Below are positions 50,545-59,929 of a DNA stretch of 64,000 nucleotides, piece after piece. The notes beneath the pieces are model-generated. The model was not told where the DNA came from. It saw nothing but the letters and a program-made list of their open reading frames with translations, and made no database searches. The stretch lies in the IMG/VR virus record IMGVR_UViG_3300045988_094645, one strand, 5' to 3'. Origin of the DNA: a virus. The translations under genes and the position numbers were made by a program. How positions within the stretch are numbered: position 1 is the first letter of the stretch; the number at the start of each line of letters is the position of its first letter.

Positions 50545-50884
50545 CGATTGCTCTACCTATTGAGCTAATCCAGCATATAATAGCCGATATAAACCTCGGC
50601 CCAGGTTAAAGAAGATTGACAGTATGCTCGTTTCCACACTATACACCAACCGCCAGCCTAATCGCCGGCCGCATGGGAATCGAACCCATTCCTCTGTCTT
50701 GTGGTTTTGGCCCCCTGTCCCTCTTGGCGTCCGCAGCAGTACCACCAAACTTGTCGGACTTATTAAGTTGCTTGTATTATCGCCGCAAGCGAACGGAATA
50801 GCTTAGTCGGTTTTCGCTATTAACACAAATCGCCTCGTTTATATGCGGCCGGCATATACAACAGTGTCTGTCCCGATTGGCGAT

Positions 50885-50976
50885 TGGCGAAGGGGAGAGG
50901 ATTCGAACCTCCGGGTCACATTTCTATGGCCGAGGGATTAGCAATCCCTTGCATTCAACCACTCTGCCACCCCTCC
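50885..50976 (-). tRNA. tRNA-Ser (GCU)
   Basis: Type II; anticodon loop TTGCTAA. Confidence 0.75.
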
Positions 50977-51225
50977 AAATATGTTTCCTCTGCGTTTCAT
51001 GGGCTTGGAACCAACACCTCTCGGTGGCCGCATTAAACATATAAGTTATCTTACCTATTGCTTGGGATAACTTCTGTTTCTGCGAAAATGAAATCATCAA
51101 TATCCATCATTTTATTACCTCCTTGTCGAATATTTAAAATGGTAGTGCCCTTCTGACAGCCTATTATCGCACTTGAGAGGCTCGTAAGCGTCTCAGAAAT
51201 AGGTTCCCAATATGTCAGTCTTTTA

Positions 51226-51300
51226 TGGGTGCAGAGGTGAGAATCGAACTCACGTAATCGAGTTTATGAGACTCGACAGGGAACCAACACCCTCTCTGCG
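51226..51300 (-). tRNA. tRNA-Met (CAU) with C1-A72 mismatch (initiator-like)
   Basis: Anticodon loop CTCATAA; unpaired C1-A72 as in bacterial fMet tRNA. Confidence 0.65.
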
Positions 51301-51604
51301 ATATACAACTATTAGAGTTAAATTATAATGAAACCAAAATATATTTCTACTACTTAACGCCTAGACGCTCTTGAGTTGGTCTGCGTTGCCACTCCTCGCT
51401 TTTTATTCTCGCCTCATATATTCTATATTTTGGAATAACTCTAATAGCCACGGTACTCTTGCGCCCCTCCGCTGGATGTATCAGCCGGAACCGTTTCACT
51501 TTATAAAGCAAGGGCGTGCCAATTAATAATTATATTCTTGCCGTACCATACTCTACGCACAAGAAAGACCCGTTTTCTCCGTTGAGCCGTGGAGTCCATA
51601 CGTC

Positions 51605-51681
51605 TGGTGACGCCTATGAAATTCGAACTCATATTGCCGGAGTGAGGTTCCAGCCTCCTATGCCATTTAGAGGAAGGCGCC
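51605..51681 (-). tRNA. atypical tRNA (anticodon loop ACCTCAC; CUC? no U33)
   Basis: Good acceptor stem and T-arm (TTCGAAT); D-stem starts one nucleotide early; non-canonical anticodon loop. Confidence 0.35.
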
Positions 51682-51723
51682 ATATAATAAGCAGTTTATC
51701 GACTTGCTTAGGTCTCTACTTAT

Positions 51724-51963
51724 TTAAGTATTGTCAATCTCAATAGTGCCACACTTTGTGAGCACCTGCACGGGAGTTCCCTTCAAATCTGCATCCTCAA
51801 GGGTTCCGTAATCACAAACATAGACATTTGTGTTACCAACCTTGCGAAGCTCATTCCCGCAATTAGGGCACTTATGTACCTTCTCAGCTTCAACCGCACA
51901 CTTAATACCGAGGGCCTGACCGAGCTCGACAAAAGAATTGAACTTCCCGTGAACATTCTTCAT
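51724..51963 (-). CDS. zinc-ribbon protein
   Basis: CPNCGN...C motifs; TAA stop. Confidence 0.35.
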   Translation of the reverse strand: MKNVHGKFNSFVELGQALGIKCAVEAEKVHKCPNCGNELRKVGNTNVYVCDYGTLEDADLKGTPVQVLTKCGTIEIDNT

Positions 51964-51995
51964 AATAAGATTTATCTCCTTTTCCTATTGATTTA

Positions 51996-52070
51996 TGGTA
52001 CTCGGTACGGGAGTCGAACCCGTGCTTCTGGCGTGAAAGGCCAGCGTCTTTACCACTTGACTAACCGAGC
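51996..52070 (-). tRNA. tRNA-Glu (UUC)
   Basis: Anticodon loop CTTTCAC. Confidence 0.75.
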
Positions 52071-52280
52071 ATATTACGCACTTTTAGTATCTTACTTCTA
52101 TCATCTACTTTATTAAGATACTAACTTTTCTTCCAGTTGGTGAACAGCGGCGTCACTGAAAACCACCTATTTCTATTGAGGGCGGAAATAGGTAATGCCC
52201 TATTGTTTTATGGCAATGAAATCAATAAAAACCTGTAATCATTAGATGGTATCATATGTATAATTGTTAGTAGATACCTA

Positions 52281-52356
52281 TGGTGGAACATACGAGGGTC
52301 GAACTCGTGACCTCCTGCTTGCAAGGCAGGCGCTCTCCCAACTGAGCTAATGCCCC
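52281..52356 (-). tRNA. tRNA-Ala (UGC)
   Basis: Anticodon loop CTTGCAA; G3-U70 Ala identity pair present. Confidence 0.8.
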
Positions 52357-52529
52357 ATACTATGGTTAAGATGATTGGTCGTGTCAATCAAGGAGAACTA
52401 CGCTCTAATTTATCGGCTACTACAGTCCAATGTGCCAGGCATCAACCCGAAGGGACACCGCATTGCTGGTTCACTTGCGCGCTATCGCTACCTATATACG
52501 ACTCGCGATACCTTGTTCTTTCTTAACCT

Positions 52530-52566
52530 TACATAAATATTATACAATATTTTTTATTGTTTTTCA
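52530..52566 (-). promoter_or_regulatory. sigma70-like promoter (TTGAAAAACAATAAAAAATATTGTATAAT) upstream of tRNA-Ala
   Basis: Near-identical copies at 53916-53952 and 54516-54552. Confidence 0.5.
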
Positions 52567-52569
52567 AAT

Positions 52570-52646
52570 TGGCGATGACGACGGGGTTTGAACCCGTGAC
52601 CTTCGGCGTGACAGGCCGACGTTCTAGCCTACTGAACTACGCCACC
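52570..52646 (-). tRNA. tRNA-Asp (GUC)
   Basis: Anticodon loop CTGTCAC. Confidence 0.75.
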
Positions 52647-52750
52647 AAATAAGGCGAGGAAGGGTCGTACGCACCCCGTGTGCTTTGCGCCTCGTCGTTC
52701 GCATATATCACACTTCTGACTTATTGGGCATGGAAAATCAGTAGAAACCA

Positions 52751-52837
52751 TGGTGCACCTGACAGGACTCGAACCTGCACACTCTTTCGAATAACAGCCC
52801 CTCAAGCTGTCGTGTCTGCCAATTCCACCACAGGTGC
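52751..52837 (-). tRNA. tRNA-Leu (GAG)
   Basis: Type II; anticodon loop TTGAGGG. Confidence 0.7.
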
Positions 52838-52935
52838 ATATAAGTAGAAGAGCCGGCCAGACGGTTAAACTGCACTACACCGGAAGTTCTTGTGATACAA
52901 ATTTTTTCTGGACAGATCCTTTCGCGACTCTTCTT

Positions 52936-53012
52936 TGGTGTTCTCGGCGAGAGTCGAACTCGCAACATCGTGGTTCTAAGCCACGCGCGTCTGCCTATTG
53001 CGCCACGAGAAC
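52936..53012 (-). tRNA. tRNA with anticodon UAG (Leu codon CUA) in class I architecture
   Basis: Anticodon stem CGTGG/CCACG with loop CTTAGAA; 5-nt variable loop. Confidence 0.5.
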
Positions 53013-53138
53013 ATAAAAGAGCAACTATTTGTTTCAGAACCACCCGTCGCTCTATTGGGCCAGCCTTTTATTTTCCTTCGCAGTTGACGAATTGAGAGTT
53101 TAGGGTTAAAGTCGCGGCGCTACTCACAAACTCGACTT

Positions 53139-53212
53139 TGGCGGATCGCCATGGAGTTGAACCATGCTATCAAGGTTAACAGCCTTGCGTTCTACCGATG
53201 AACTAGCGATCC
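53139..53212 (-). tRNA. tRNA-Asn (GUU)
   Basis: Anticodon loop CTGTTAA. Confidence 0.75.
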
Positions 53213-53222
53213 ATATTGAGGA

Positions 53223-53744
53223 TTATGAAATCAAATCCTCAAGAGTTTTGAAATACTTCTCTTCATCAAATAAGATTGGCGTAAAATCATCTAAAGAAAT
53301 TAGACCATTTTCAATTCTTCTGTGACAATTAGCACATAGCATTATACACTTTTTTGCTTCATCTGCATAAGCCTATTTACTTCTTGTAGTAGAAGAATTT
53401 GCGATACCAAAACTTTTTGTAGATGGGTCAACGTGATGAAAGTCGTATAACTGAGGTGCATCCCGCAATCCGCAGTAAGAGCATTTATGAGAAAAACCTT
53501 CCACCAATGCTAGCTTAATTCGTTTTCTAAAATTAACTACATTTTTTCCACTATTTTTCTTTAAATGCTACTTACATCCGCAGCTCTAAATAGCTCCAGA
53601 AGTTAAATGACCTGTCTAAACTTCTTTCTCGTTCCCACATTCACATCTACATACCCAATATGTTTTACCACTTCTACTTGGAGCTTTTGAAACTGCTGTT
53701 AATGCTCCAAATTTTTGTCCAGTTAAATCCAACGCTGTCGGCAT
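53223..53744 (-). CDS. HNH homing endonuclease with N-terminal zinc ribbon (4 in-frame TAG)
   Basis: Hand translation: LTGQKFGALTAV...YWVCRCECGN...CSYCG...DFHHVDP...CANCHRRIENG; 174 codons; AAGGAGAG RBS. Confidence 0.7.
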
Positions 53745-53934
53745 AACAATTCACTCTCCTTTATATAATATATAAGAATTAGTGAATTATCTTTAGCTCA
53801 CTTTACCCAAAAATTTTTCTGAGCTACCGACCCAAGCTCAAGGCAGAATAAATAAACTTTCTTAAACCAAAATAAGCGTTTTATTTGTAAATAATTTGCT
53901 GTATCTGCCTTATATAAATATTATAACATATTTT

Positions 53935-54150
53935 TTATTGTTTTTCAAAAAGATTCAGTTGTTTAGCTTCATCATAGGAAATACCAAAGGTATCCTTAAA
54001 AACCTTGAGAAAGTTTTCCCACTGTTCCTCTGGCCCACCAATGCCGCCATTCATAAGCCAAAGGCTATCACAAACTACATCTTCATCGCTGTAACAGGAC
54101 ATAGCCTTAGCGGCGAGTTGCGCCAGATATAATTTCTTATCCATAAACAA
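53935..54150 (-). CDS. hypothetical protein
   Basis: ORF track; TAA stop. Confidence 0.35.
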   Translation of the reverse strand: MFMDKKLYLAQLAAKAMSCYSDEDVVCDSLWLMNGGIGGPEEQWENFLKVFKDTFGISYDEAKQLNLFEKQ

Positions 54151-54222
54151 CTTCCTCTCTCACTTTCTATAAATATTATATCATATTTATAAAAGTTTTT
54201 CAAATAATTTCAAGGCACTAGA

Positions 54223-54296
54223 TGGCTTCCAAAATGGGATTCGAACCCATAACTTTTTATTTCAATTAAAACGTCCAACCATTAGACTATTCGGAA
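54223..54296 (-). tRNA. atypical AU-rich class I tRNA (anticodon loop ATTGAAA; UGA anticodon?)
   Basis: T-arm ATGGG-TTCGAAT-CCCAT; acceptor TTCCGAA/TTTGGAA; all-A/U anticodon stem. Confidence 0.4.
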
Positions 54297-54358
54297 AATA
54301 ACTTTGCTATATGTGCCTTCTGTGATACCTCTTTCGAGGGCGTGCAGCGTTACGCCTA

Positions 54359-54453
54359 TGGTCCCGCGCCAGGGATTCGAACCCCAAACCTCACGCTAAT
54401 CTGGCGCTAATACCGGGTATAAGCCGGCTGCTCTACCGTTGAGCTACCGCGGG
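54359..54453 (-). tRNA. type II tRNA-like gene, anticodon loop CTTATAC (UAU?), identity unclear
   Basis: Long variable arm; T-arm with TTCGAAT; CCA encoded; G7-G66 mismatch. Confidence 0.4.
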
Positions 54454-54539
54454 ATATAAAAGTGAGTATAAAGCCCTCACTTGCGGCTTATAAGTTCTGC
54501 TGCAACAGAACAACTCACATAAATATTATACAATATTTT

Positions 54540-55430
54540 TTATTGTTTTTCAACTTTCTTAAAAATCCAGCCTTTGGTATCTGGATTACCTTTACCGGTC
54601 TCCATGGCCGCGTAAATAACATCAAGAGCATGAAGAACCTGGGCCGCAGTTTTAAATCTGCCCACATGAACGAACCCTTTTACTTCATAAATCTCTTTAA
54701 AGGGAATTTCACGCTCACCCTTAATCGCCACTCCCGCAATCTTATACTTATCGTCATCAATAGCAGAACAATTCCTAATCGCTTCATTTCTGCGGGAACG
54801 CGGCTGTTTCGCCGTCAGTCTGCGATTCATCAGCTCTTCCGGGCTTGCAGGATTAGCCTTGCTTTTACCATAAGACATCTTGACCTTAGGTACTTTTACC
54901 GGCTCAATCCCATCAGGAAGAGTGTATCCATCAATATTTTCCCAAACGTATTTCAACATCCAGGCATCTTCTAAAGCATTATGATTCTGAATTGGATCCT
55001 CAGAAGAAAGTTTCATGGTCAGATACGCAGACCTAAGACCAATCGCATCCCTGCGAAAATGAGACGCCACCCTTTTGTCAACATTTTCACATCTATTGTG
55101 AATGTATTGCAGAGTAGTAAGAGCTTTCATATCAGTCGTAAAGCCCATAGAAGCTCTAAGAAAACCCCTATCACTCTTGCCGTAGTGATAGAAAGTATTT
55201 TCTTCATCAAGAAAGGAAAGGAACTCTCTAACTCCTAACATTGCTTCTTCAAGACTAGGAGCCTGGTCTGCATCTTCCTGAGAAACTCCTGTCAAAACCT
55301 TTATATTATGGTCAAGTTTCGTATGCGGACGAATGAGACTATAAAATGTATCTCCATTCTCTGTTACCATACCAATAGAAATTGCTTCATTGGTGGTGCA
55401 ATTAGCTTCCAGGTCGAGATAAATCTTCAA
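54540..55430 (-). CDS. DEDDh 3'-5' exonuclease (DnaQ/RNase T-like)
   Basis: MKIYLDLEANCTT...HNALEDAW exonuclease motifs. Confidence 0.6.
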   Translation of the reverse strand: MKIYLDLEANCTTNEAISIGMVTENGDTFYSLIRPHTKLDHNIKVLTGVSQEDADQAPSLEEAMLGVREFLSFLDEENTFYHYGKSDRGFLRASMGFTTDMKALTTLQYIHNRCENVDKRVASHFRRDAIGLRSAYLTMKLSSEDPIQNHNALEDAWMLKYVWENIDGYTLPDGIEPVKVPKVKMSYGKSKANPASPEELMNRRLTAKQPRSRRNEAIRNCSAIDDDKYKIAGVAIKGEREIPFKEIYEVKGFVHVGRFKTAAQVLHALDVIYAAMETGKGNPDTKGWIFKKVEKQ

Positions 55431-55463
55431 ACTCAGAACTTCCTTTCCTTAACTTTCTATATA

Positions 55464-55492
55464 TATTATATAATAATTTTTTTTAATTTTCA
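55464..55492 (-). promoter_or_regulatory. sigma70-like promoter TTGAAA-N17-TATAAT upstream of the exonuclease gene
   Basis: Conserved block cctttccttaactttctatatatattatat on the plus strand. Confidence 0.5.
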
Positions 55493-55577
55493 AGAGAGGC
55501 GTAAAATCTAAAGTCTTTTCTTTACGCCTCTCTTTAGTGAGGGAAGTGTACTATTATTAAACTTTATACTGAATAAT

Positions 55578-56525
55578 TTAATTACCCATACCCAAAAATC
55601 TTTCAATAATTTCTTGAATTTTTTCGTAATCTGTATAGGCGATTCTTAACAAAGGTATATTATGCTCTTTAGCATACTCAGTTTTTAAAGAATCTCTTTT
55701 TAAGTTATCCTCACTATACCACTAACTACTTGTATCAAAATGTTGCCTACCGTCATATTCAATTAACCCTATAAGTCTTTCATTTTTGAAAATAGCAAAA
55801 TCATATCTTAAATAAGATTTATCTTTTAAATCTTTAAATTTATATTCTCTTATAAAAGGTATATCATACTAAGTTAAAATTTCTGCTATCTTAGTCTCTC
55901 CGCGAGAATTTCCAATACATCCGCAACTCTGCGTATCATGATTCATCAGAGCACTACGGGATACTGTTTTTATATTACCACAGTCACATTTACAAATCCA
56001 ATATCTGTGATCATCTTCTGATCGTTTTAGAGCAGTTAATCTACCAAAACGCTATCCAGTAAGATCCCCTTGAGCTAAGCGCGTTTCAACTCCTATAGGC
56101 TAAACTATTTCTTTCATAATCTAGCCTGATATTTCTTTTTGTAGACATCCGCAAGATTTTTTAGCTCCGTTATTTAATTCTGCGGTTTTTGCATAGGTTA
56201 TATTTCCACAATCACACTAGCATTTCCAAAATACGGCAGTCCCAGTATGCGTTTGTTTCCACGAGTCTGTATATTCCTAGTCATAACCTAATACAGTTAA
56301 TCTTCCAAATTTTTGTCCAGTTAAATCTTTCCTGTATAAAGTCCTAGAACATTTTGGACAAGAAGTTTTTGCTCCACTTGTCAACTAATTTGTTATAGTT
56401 ATAACTTCATTTCCGCAGTCGCATTTACAAAGCCACTATGCTTTATTAGCTTTAGTGTTCTCTACTCTTTTAATAACCAACAATTTTCCAAAACGCTATC
56501 CCGTTAAATCTTTTAATGGTGCCAT
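55578..56525 (-). CDS. homing-endonuclease-like protein with three zinc-ribbon repeats and a Vsr/PD-(D/E)xK-like domain (10 in-frame TAG)
   Basis: 316 codons from ATG at 56525 to TAA at 55578; repeats DLTG-TAG-RFG.L / YW.CKCDCGN; C-terminus RYDFAIF...IEYDGRQHF, paralogous to 16721..17407. Confidence 0.55.
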
Positions 56526-56601
56526 AAAATTCTCTCCTTTATCATATATCGTTTCAATAAATATAAAAATTATTAAAACAGATATAATCAAAAGTGACCA
56601 G

Positions 56602-56910
56602 TTAAATAATATTTAATTTTCTTTTTAGCTCTTCGATCTTGGCCTTATCTTCAGGAGCTAACTCAGTAGGAGTAAACTCAGTTGCTGGTGCCCCTCCTGA
56701 GCTTGATGTAGAGGGCGCATTATCTCCACCACCCGCAATCGGTGTCTTTGGCATAGTAATAGAAACCGCAAATTGAATTTTCTCTCCATTTACGCCATCT
56801 TGTGCCCACACATAGATTTTCTTATCTTGAATTCCAACAAAATCTTCTCCAAAAGCCTTGCAAATTATATCCATTACATTTTGACGAGCTGCATCTCCAC
56901 GTTTAGCCAT
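56602..56910 (-). CDS. hypothetical protein
   Basis: ORF track. Confidence 0.3.
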   Translation of the reverse strand: MAKRGDAARQNVMDIICKAFGEDFVGIQDKKIYVWAQDGVNGEKIQFAVSITMPKTPIAGGGDNAPSTSSSGGAPATEFTPTELAPEDKAKIEELKRKLNII

Positions 56911-58214
56911 TATTCATCGTCCTCCTCGATTAATCTATCCTCTTGTTGCATTAAATTATGGCACTTTTTACAATATGGTCTGCCATCCATCCAATAAATT
57001 TCATCTTCATCGTATATTCTACGATAACAACTATCACAAGTCAAAAAGAAGTCCTCATCTGCCTCTTTTTCTGAAATACAATAATCACAAAGAAATGAAT
57101 CTTCACGTTTAATGTATTCGGTTCCACAACATGGACAAATTGGTCGTTCCCCAATTTTAATTTTAAAAGCATTATTAAAGAACACTTCTTCAATCTTTTT
57201 GCTTTTATTTATGTTTTCAGCATACTCATGAAATTTATCATCGCTCACCGATATAATAGGAGCATATGTACTAGAGATAATTAAATCAGAATAACCGAGA
57301 TAGTCATTTGTATCAATCACGTCTCTAGTGTCAAAAGTTCGTCCACCTGCGTTGATCTGATTATATGTAAGCATCCCGCTACTCCATTGAGATTGGATTA
57401 CTTTAAAGCCATAATCAATCGGTTCAGTCATTTCATTTTTTATTAATGAAACTAACATACTATGGACACTAGATAATAAATCTCTAGATTCATATGGATA
57501 TTGTCTATTGTAGTAGATATTTCTTTCTCCATCTGTATGGACTAACATTCTCCATTTTTTGCTATTCCATGTCATTCCTTTTGGTAAACATTTTAAATAT
57601 TCCTGTTTCCCATTTGATAGATATGCTACTATTGTAGTCTTATCTACTAAATAACTTAAATTTCCACTTCTATAATCCCCGTCTAAAGATTGACATGACC
57701 ACCAATTTTCATTATTCTCTGATATAGTAAGAAAATCAATAGGATGAACAGATAAATATAAATATCCTTCTATTTTATTCTCTTGAATATATCTTGATGC
57801 TATGTCTTGCGCCCATCTGACAATCTCATTACTATTAAGAAACTTTTTGAAAGATTTTGAGAGCTTTGATCCTAACGGAATATTAAAAGATGGATAAGGT
57901 AACATAACTTTATTATCAAAGAATCCATCTTTATTAACGCGCAAAAATAATTCAAATTCCTCTGTTAGAATCCCGTTTTCATCAAGAGCCTGTAAGAACT
58001 CTTCAAATCTTTTATCTCTCTGTTCTTCTGTTAAGAAAATCTTAACTGGTTCTTTACTCCTTAATACCAACTCTCCACCAAAAAGGTTGATTATATCCCT
58101 TTTAGCCTCTAACCATTGAGAAATCAAATTCTCCGAGTTTAAATAAAAGGGGTAATCCTGAGAATGAACAAGTATAGATTCAAAATCATTTTTTAATTCT
58201 CTTAAATCTATCAT
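56910..58214 (-). CDS. hypothetical 434-aa protein with two C-terminal zinc ribbons
   Basis: CPCCG...CDYC and CDSC...CKKCH. Confidence 0.35.
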   Translation of the reverse strand: MIDLRELKNDFESILVHSQDYPFYLNSENLISQWLEAKRDIINLFGGELVLRSKEPVKIFLTEEQRDKRFEEFLQALDENGILTEEFELFLRVNKDGFFDNKVMLPYPSFNIPLGSKLSKSFKKFLNSNEIVRWAQDIASRYIQENKIEGYLYLSVHPIDFLTISENNENWWSCQSLDGDYRSGNLSYLVDKTTIVAYLSNGKQEYLKCLPKGMTWNSKKWRMLVHTDGERNIYYNRQYPYESRDLLSSVHSMLVSLIKNEMTEPIDYGFKVIQSQWSSGMLTYNQINAGGRTFDTRDVIDTNDYLGYSDLIISSTYAPIISVSDDKFHEYAENINKSKKIEEVFFNNAFKIKIGERPICPCCGTEYIKREDSFLCDYCISEKEADEDFFLTCDSCYRRIYDEDEIYWMDGRPYCKKCHNLMQQEDRLIEEDDE

Positions 58215-58235
58215 CTATATGCTTTATCTCCCATC

Positions 58236-58949
58236 TTATAGAGTCCAGTCAATAGGTTCTCCTCCCATTGAAAGCAATAAACTATTCGCTGTTGAAAATG
58301 GTTTACTACCTTTAAACGAGGGAGTTCCCTTACATGGCTTACTTACACTAAAGGGACTTGGATGGGAGGATAAAATATAGGCTTTCTTAATTAAATTCTC
58401 TCTTGCTATTCCCGGACCGTCCCATACCATAGGACTAGAATTTAAATCCTTCAATAAATTCTGAGCATTAGCTCCCCATAGCATAAAAACAATAGGCTGC
58501 GGTAACTGGGTAGCAGCCTTTAATATTGCTGTTGTAAACTTATTCCATCCCCAATTAACACAACTATTAGCTTGATGTTCATAAACGGTTAGACTAGCAT
58601 TAATGAGTAATACTCCTCGTTCAGCCCAAGGCGTTAAATCTCCTGATTGCGGGATTGGCAGCCCTAAGTCGCTATTAAGCTCACTAAAAATATTTCTTAA
58701 AGAAGGTTGAATTGGACTTCCATCAGAAATAGAAAACGCCAAACCGTTAGCTGCGCCTGGGGTATGATATGGATCTTGCCCAACAATACAAACTTTTACA
58801 TCTTCAGGACGCGTGAGATTAAGTGCTCGAAAAATTTTATCCTACTCTGGAAATAAAACTTTCCCTCTTGAACGCTCTTCCAAAGCATAATTTTCAAGTT
58901 GAACACTCAAATTTAACGCGTCTTGAGGGAGAATTTCTGACCATTTCAT
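58236..58949 (-). CDS. ung: uracil-DNA glycosylase (family 1) (1 in-frame TAG)
   Basis: GQDPYH...GVLLINASLTV...HPSPFS aligns closely with E. coli Ung; TAG lies inside the conserved N-terminal region (FPE-TAG-DKIF). Confidence 0.85.
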
Positions 58950-59013
58950 TTTAGAAACACTCCTTTTATTATCTTTATAATTATATTATAATATATAAAA
59001 ATAATAAAATCTA

Positions 59014-59874
59014 ATTTTACTTTTTACTAAGTTGAGCTAATTCGTTTAGACGAGAAGCAACAGAGAAATAAGTATCGCAGTAGTGACAGTGATGACCTGG
59101 GATATTACATTTTTGTTTACAGTTTAAACGAGTTTTTCCAAATTCTTCCTTAAATAATAGATTATTTCTTGAAGGTAATCCATCAATAAGAAGGTTTATA
59201 TCATAATTAAAAGAACCTCTAGTATAGATACTAAATAATGTATCTTCCTTGTCTTTAGATGGTTGACTAAAATCTATTACATCAATAGCAGAATAGAGGC
59301 TAAGATCTTCTGGGCGAATAAAGAAGCTCGTTGGTTTTCTTTCTGCGGATAGTGAGGCATTAGGAGAAATAGTGGGTGATACTCTAATCTTTATATCTCC
59401 TTTATATTTTTCCAATAGGTCTATTTGAAATCCTAGTGGTCCATCTATATAGATGTCACTAACCTCAGCTTCCCGCAATTCCTGAAAAGTTTCCCAGTCA
59501 GTAACGGGGAAACGCAAATATCTATTATATCCCATGTCTTTTAAGTCTTGTAATTGTAAGATATTTCCGCATTGAATCGTGTAATCCTATGCTATTGATT
59601 TTACTATATCTACTTGTTCAATTAATCTTGTTAATTCTATTTGAATTAAATCATCTGGAATTATAATATTATATCTCTTTGTTGGATTTTCTTTAATAAA
59701 TTTAATAATAGTTCCTAGTTGATTATAAGGGCATCTAATCTCTCCGGCTTTTTTCTTATTGTCAGAATGATAATTTAAACTAAATATCATTGAACAACCC
59801 TCCTTTATTATATATTTATTATAGCATATAATAAATAACCCGTCAATCTTGAGAAGAAAATGCCAAATTGACAT
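59014..59874 (-). CDS. hypothetical protein (2 in-frame TAG)
   Basis: ORFs 59587..59874 and 59017..59535 are continuous through TAG; C-terminal Cys/His cluster. Confidence 0.35.
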
Positions 59875-59896
59875 TGTGCTTTTGCTTTGTTATAAT
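59868..59896 (+). promoter_or_regulatory. canonical TTGACA-N17-TATAAT promoter on the plus strand
   Basis: ttgacattgtgcttttgctttgttataat. Confidence 0.5.
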
Positions 59897-59929
59897 AAAT
59901 ATATAATAAAAGTTAAAGGAGTTTGACCT

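Noticed and set aside
44624-50806. Plus-strand ORFs from the supplied track inside the tRNA island (44624..44833, 44967..45203, 45261..45599, 46449..46706, 48187..48423, 49431..49664, 50616..50801, 51516..51746, 52834..53095 and others)
   Set aside because: They overlap well-formed minus-strand tRNAs or the tmRNA, lack RBS or promoter context, and have non-protein-like composition. They are six-frame artefacts.
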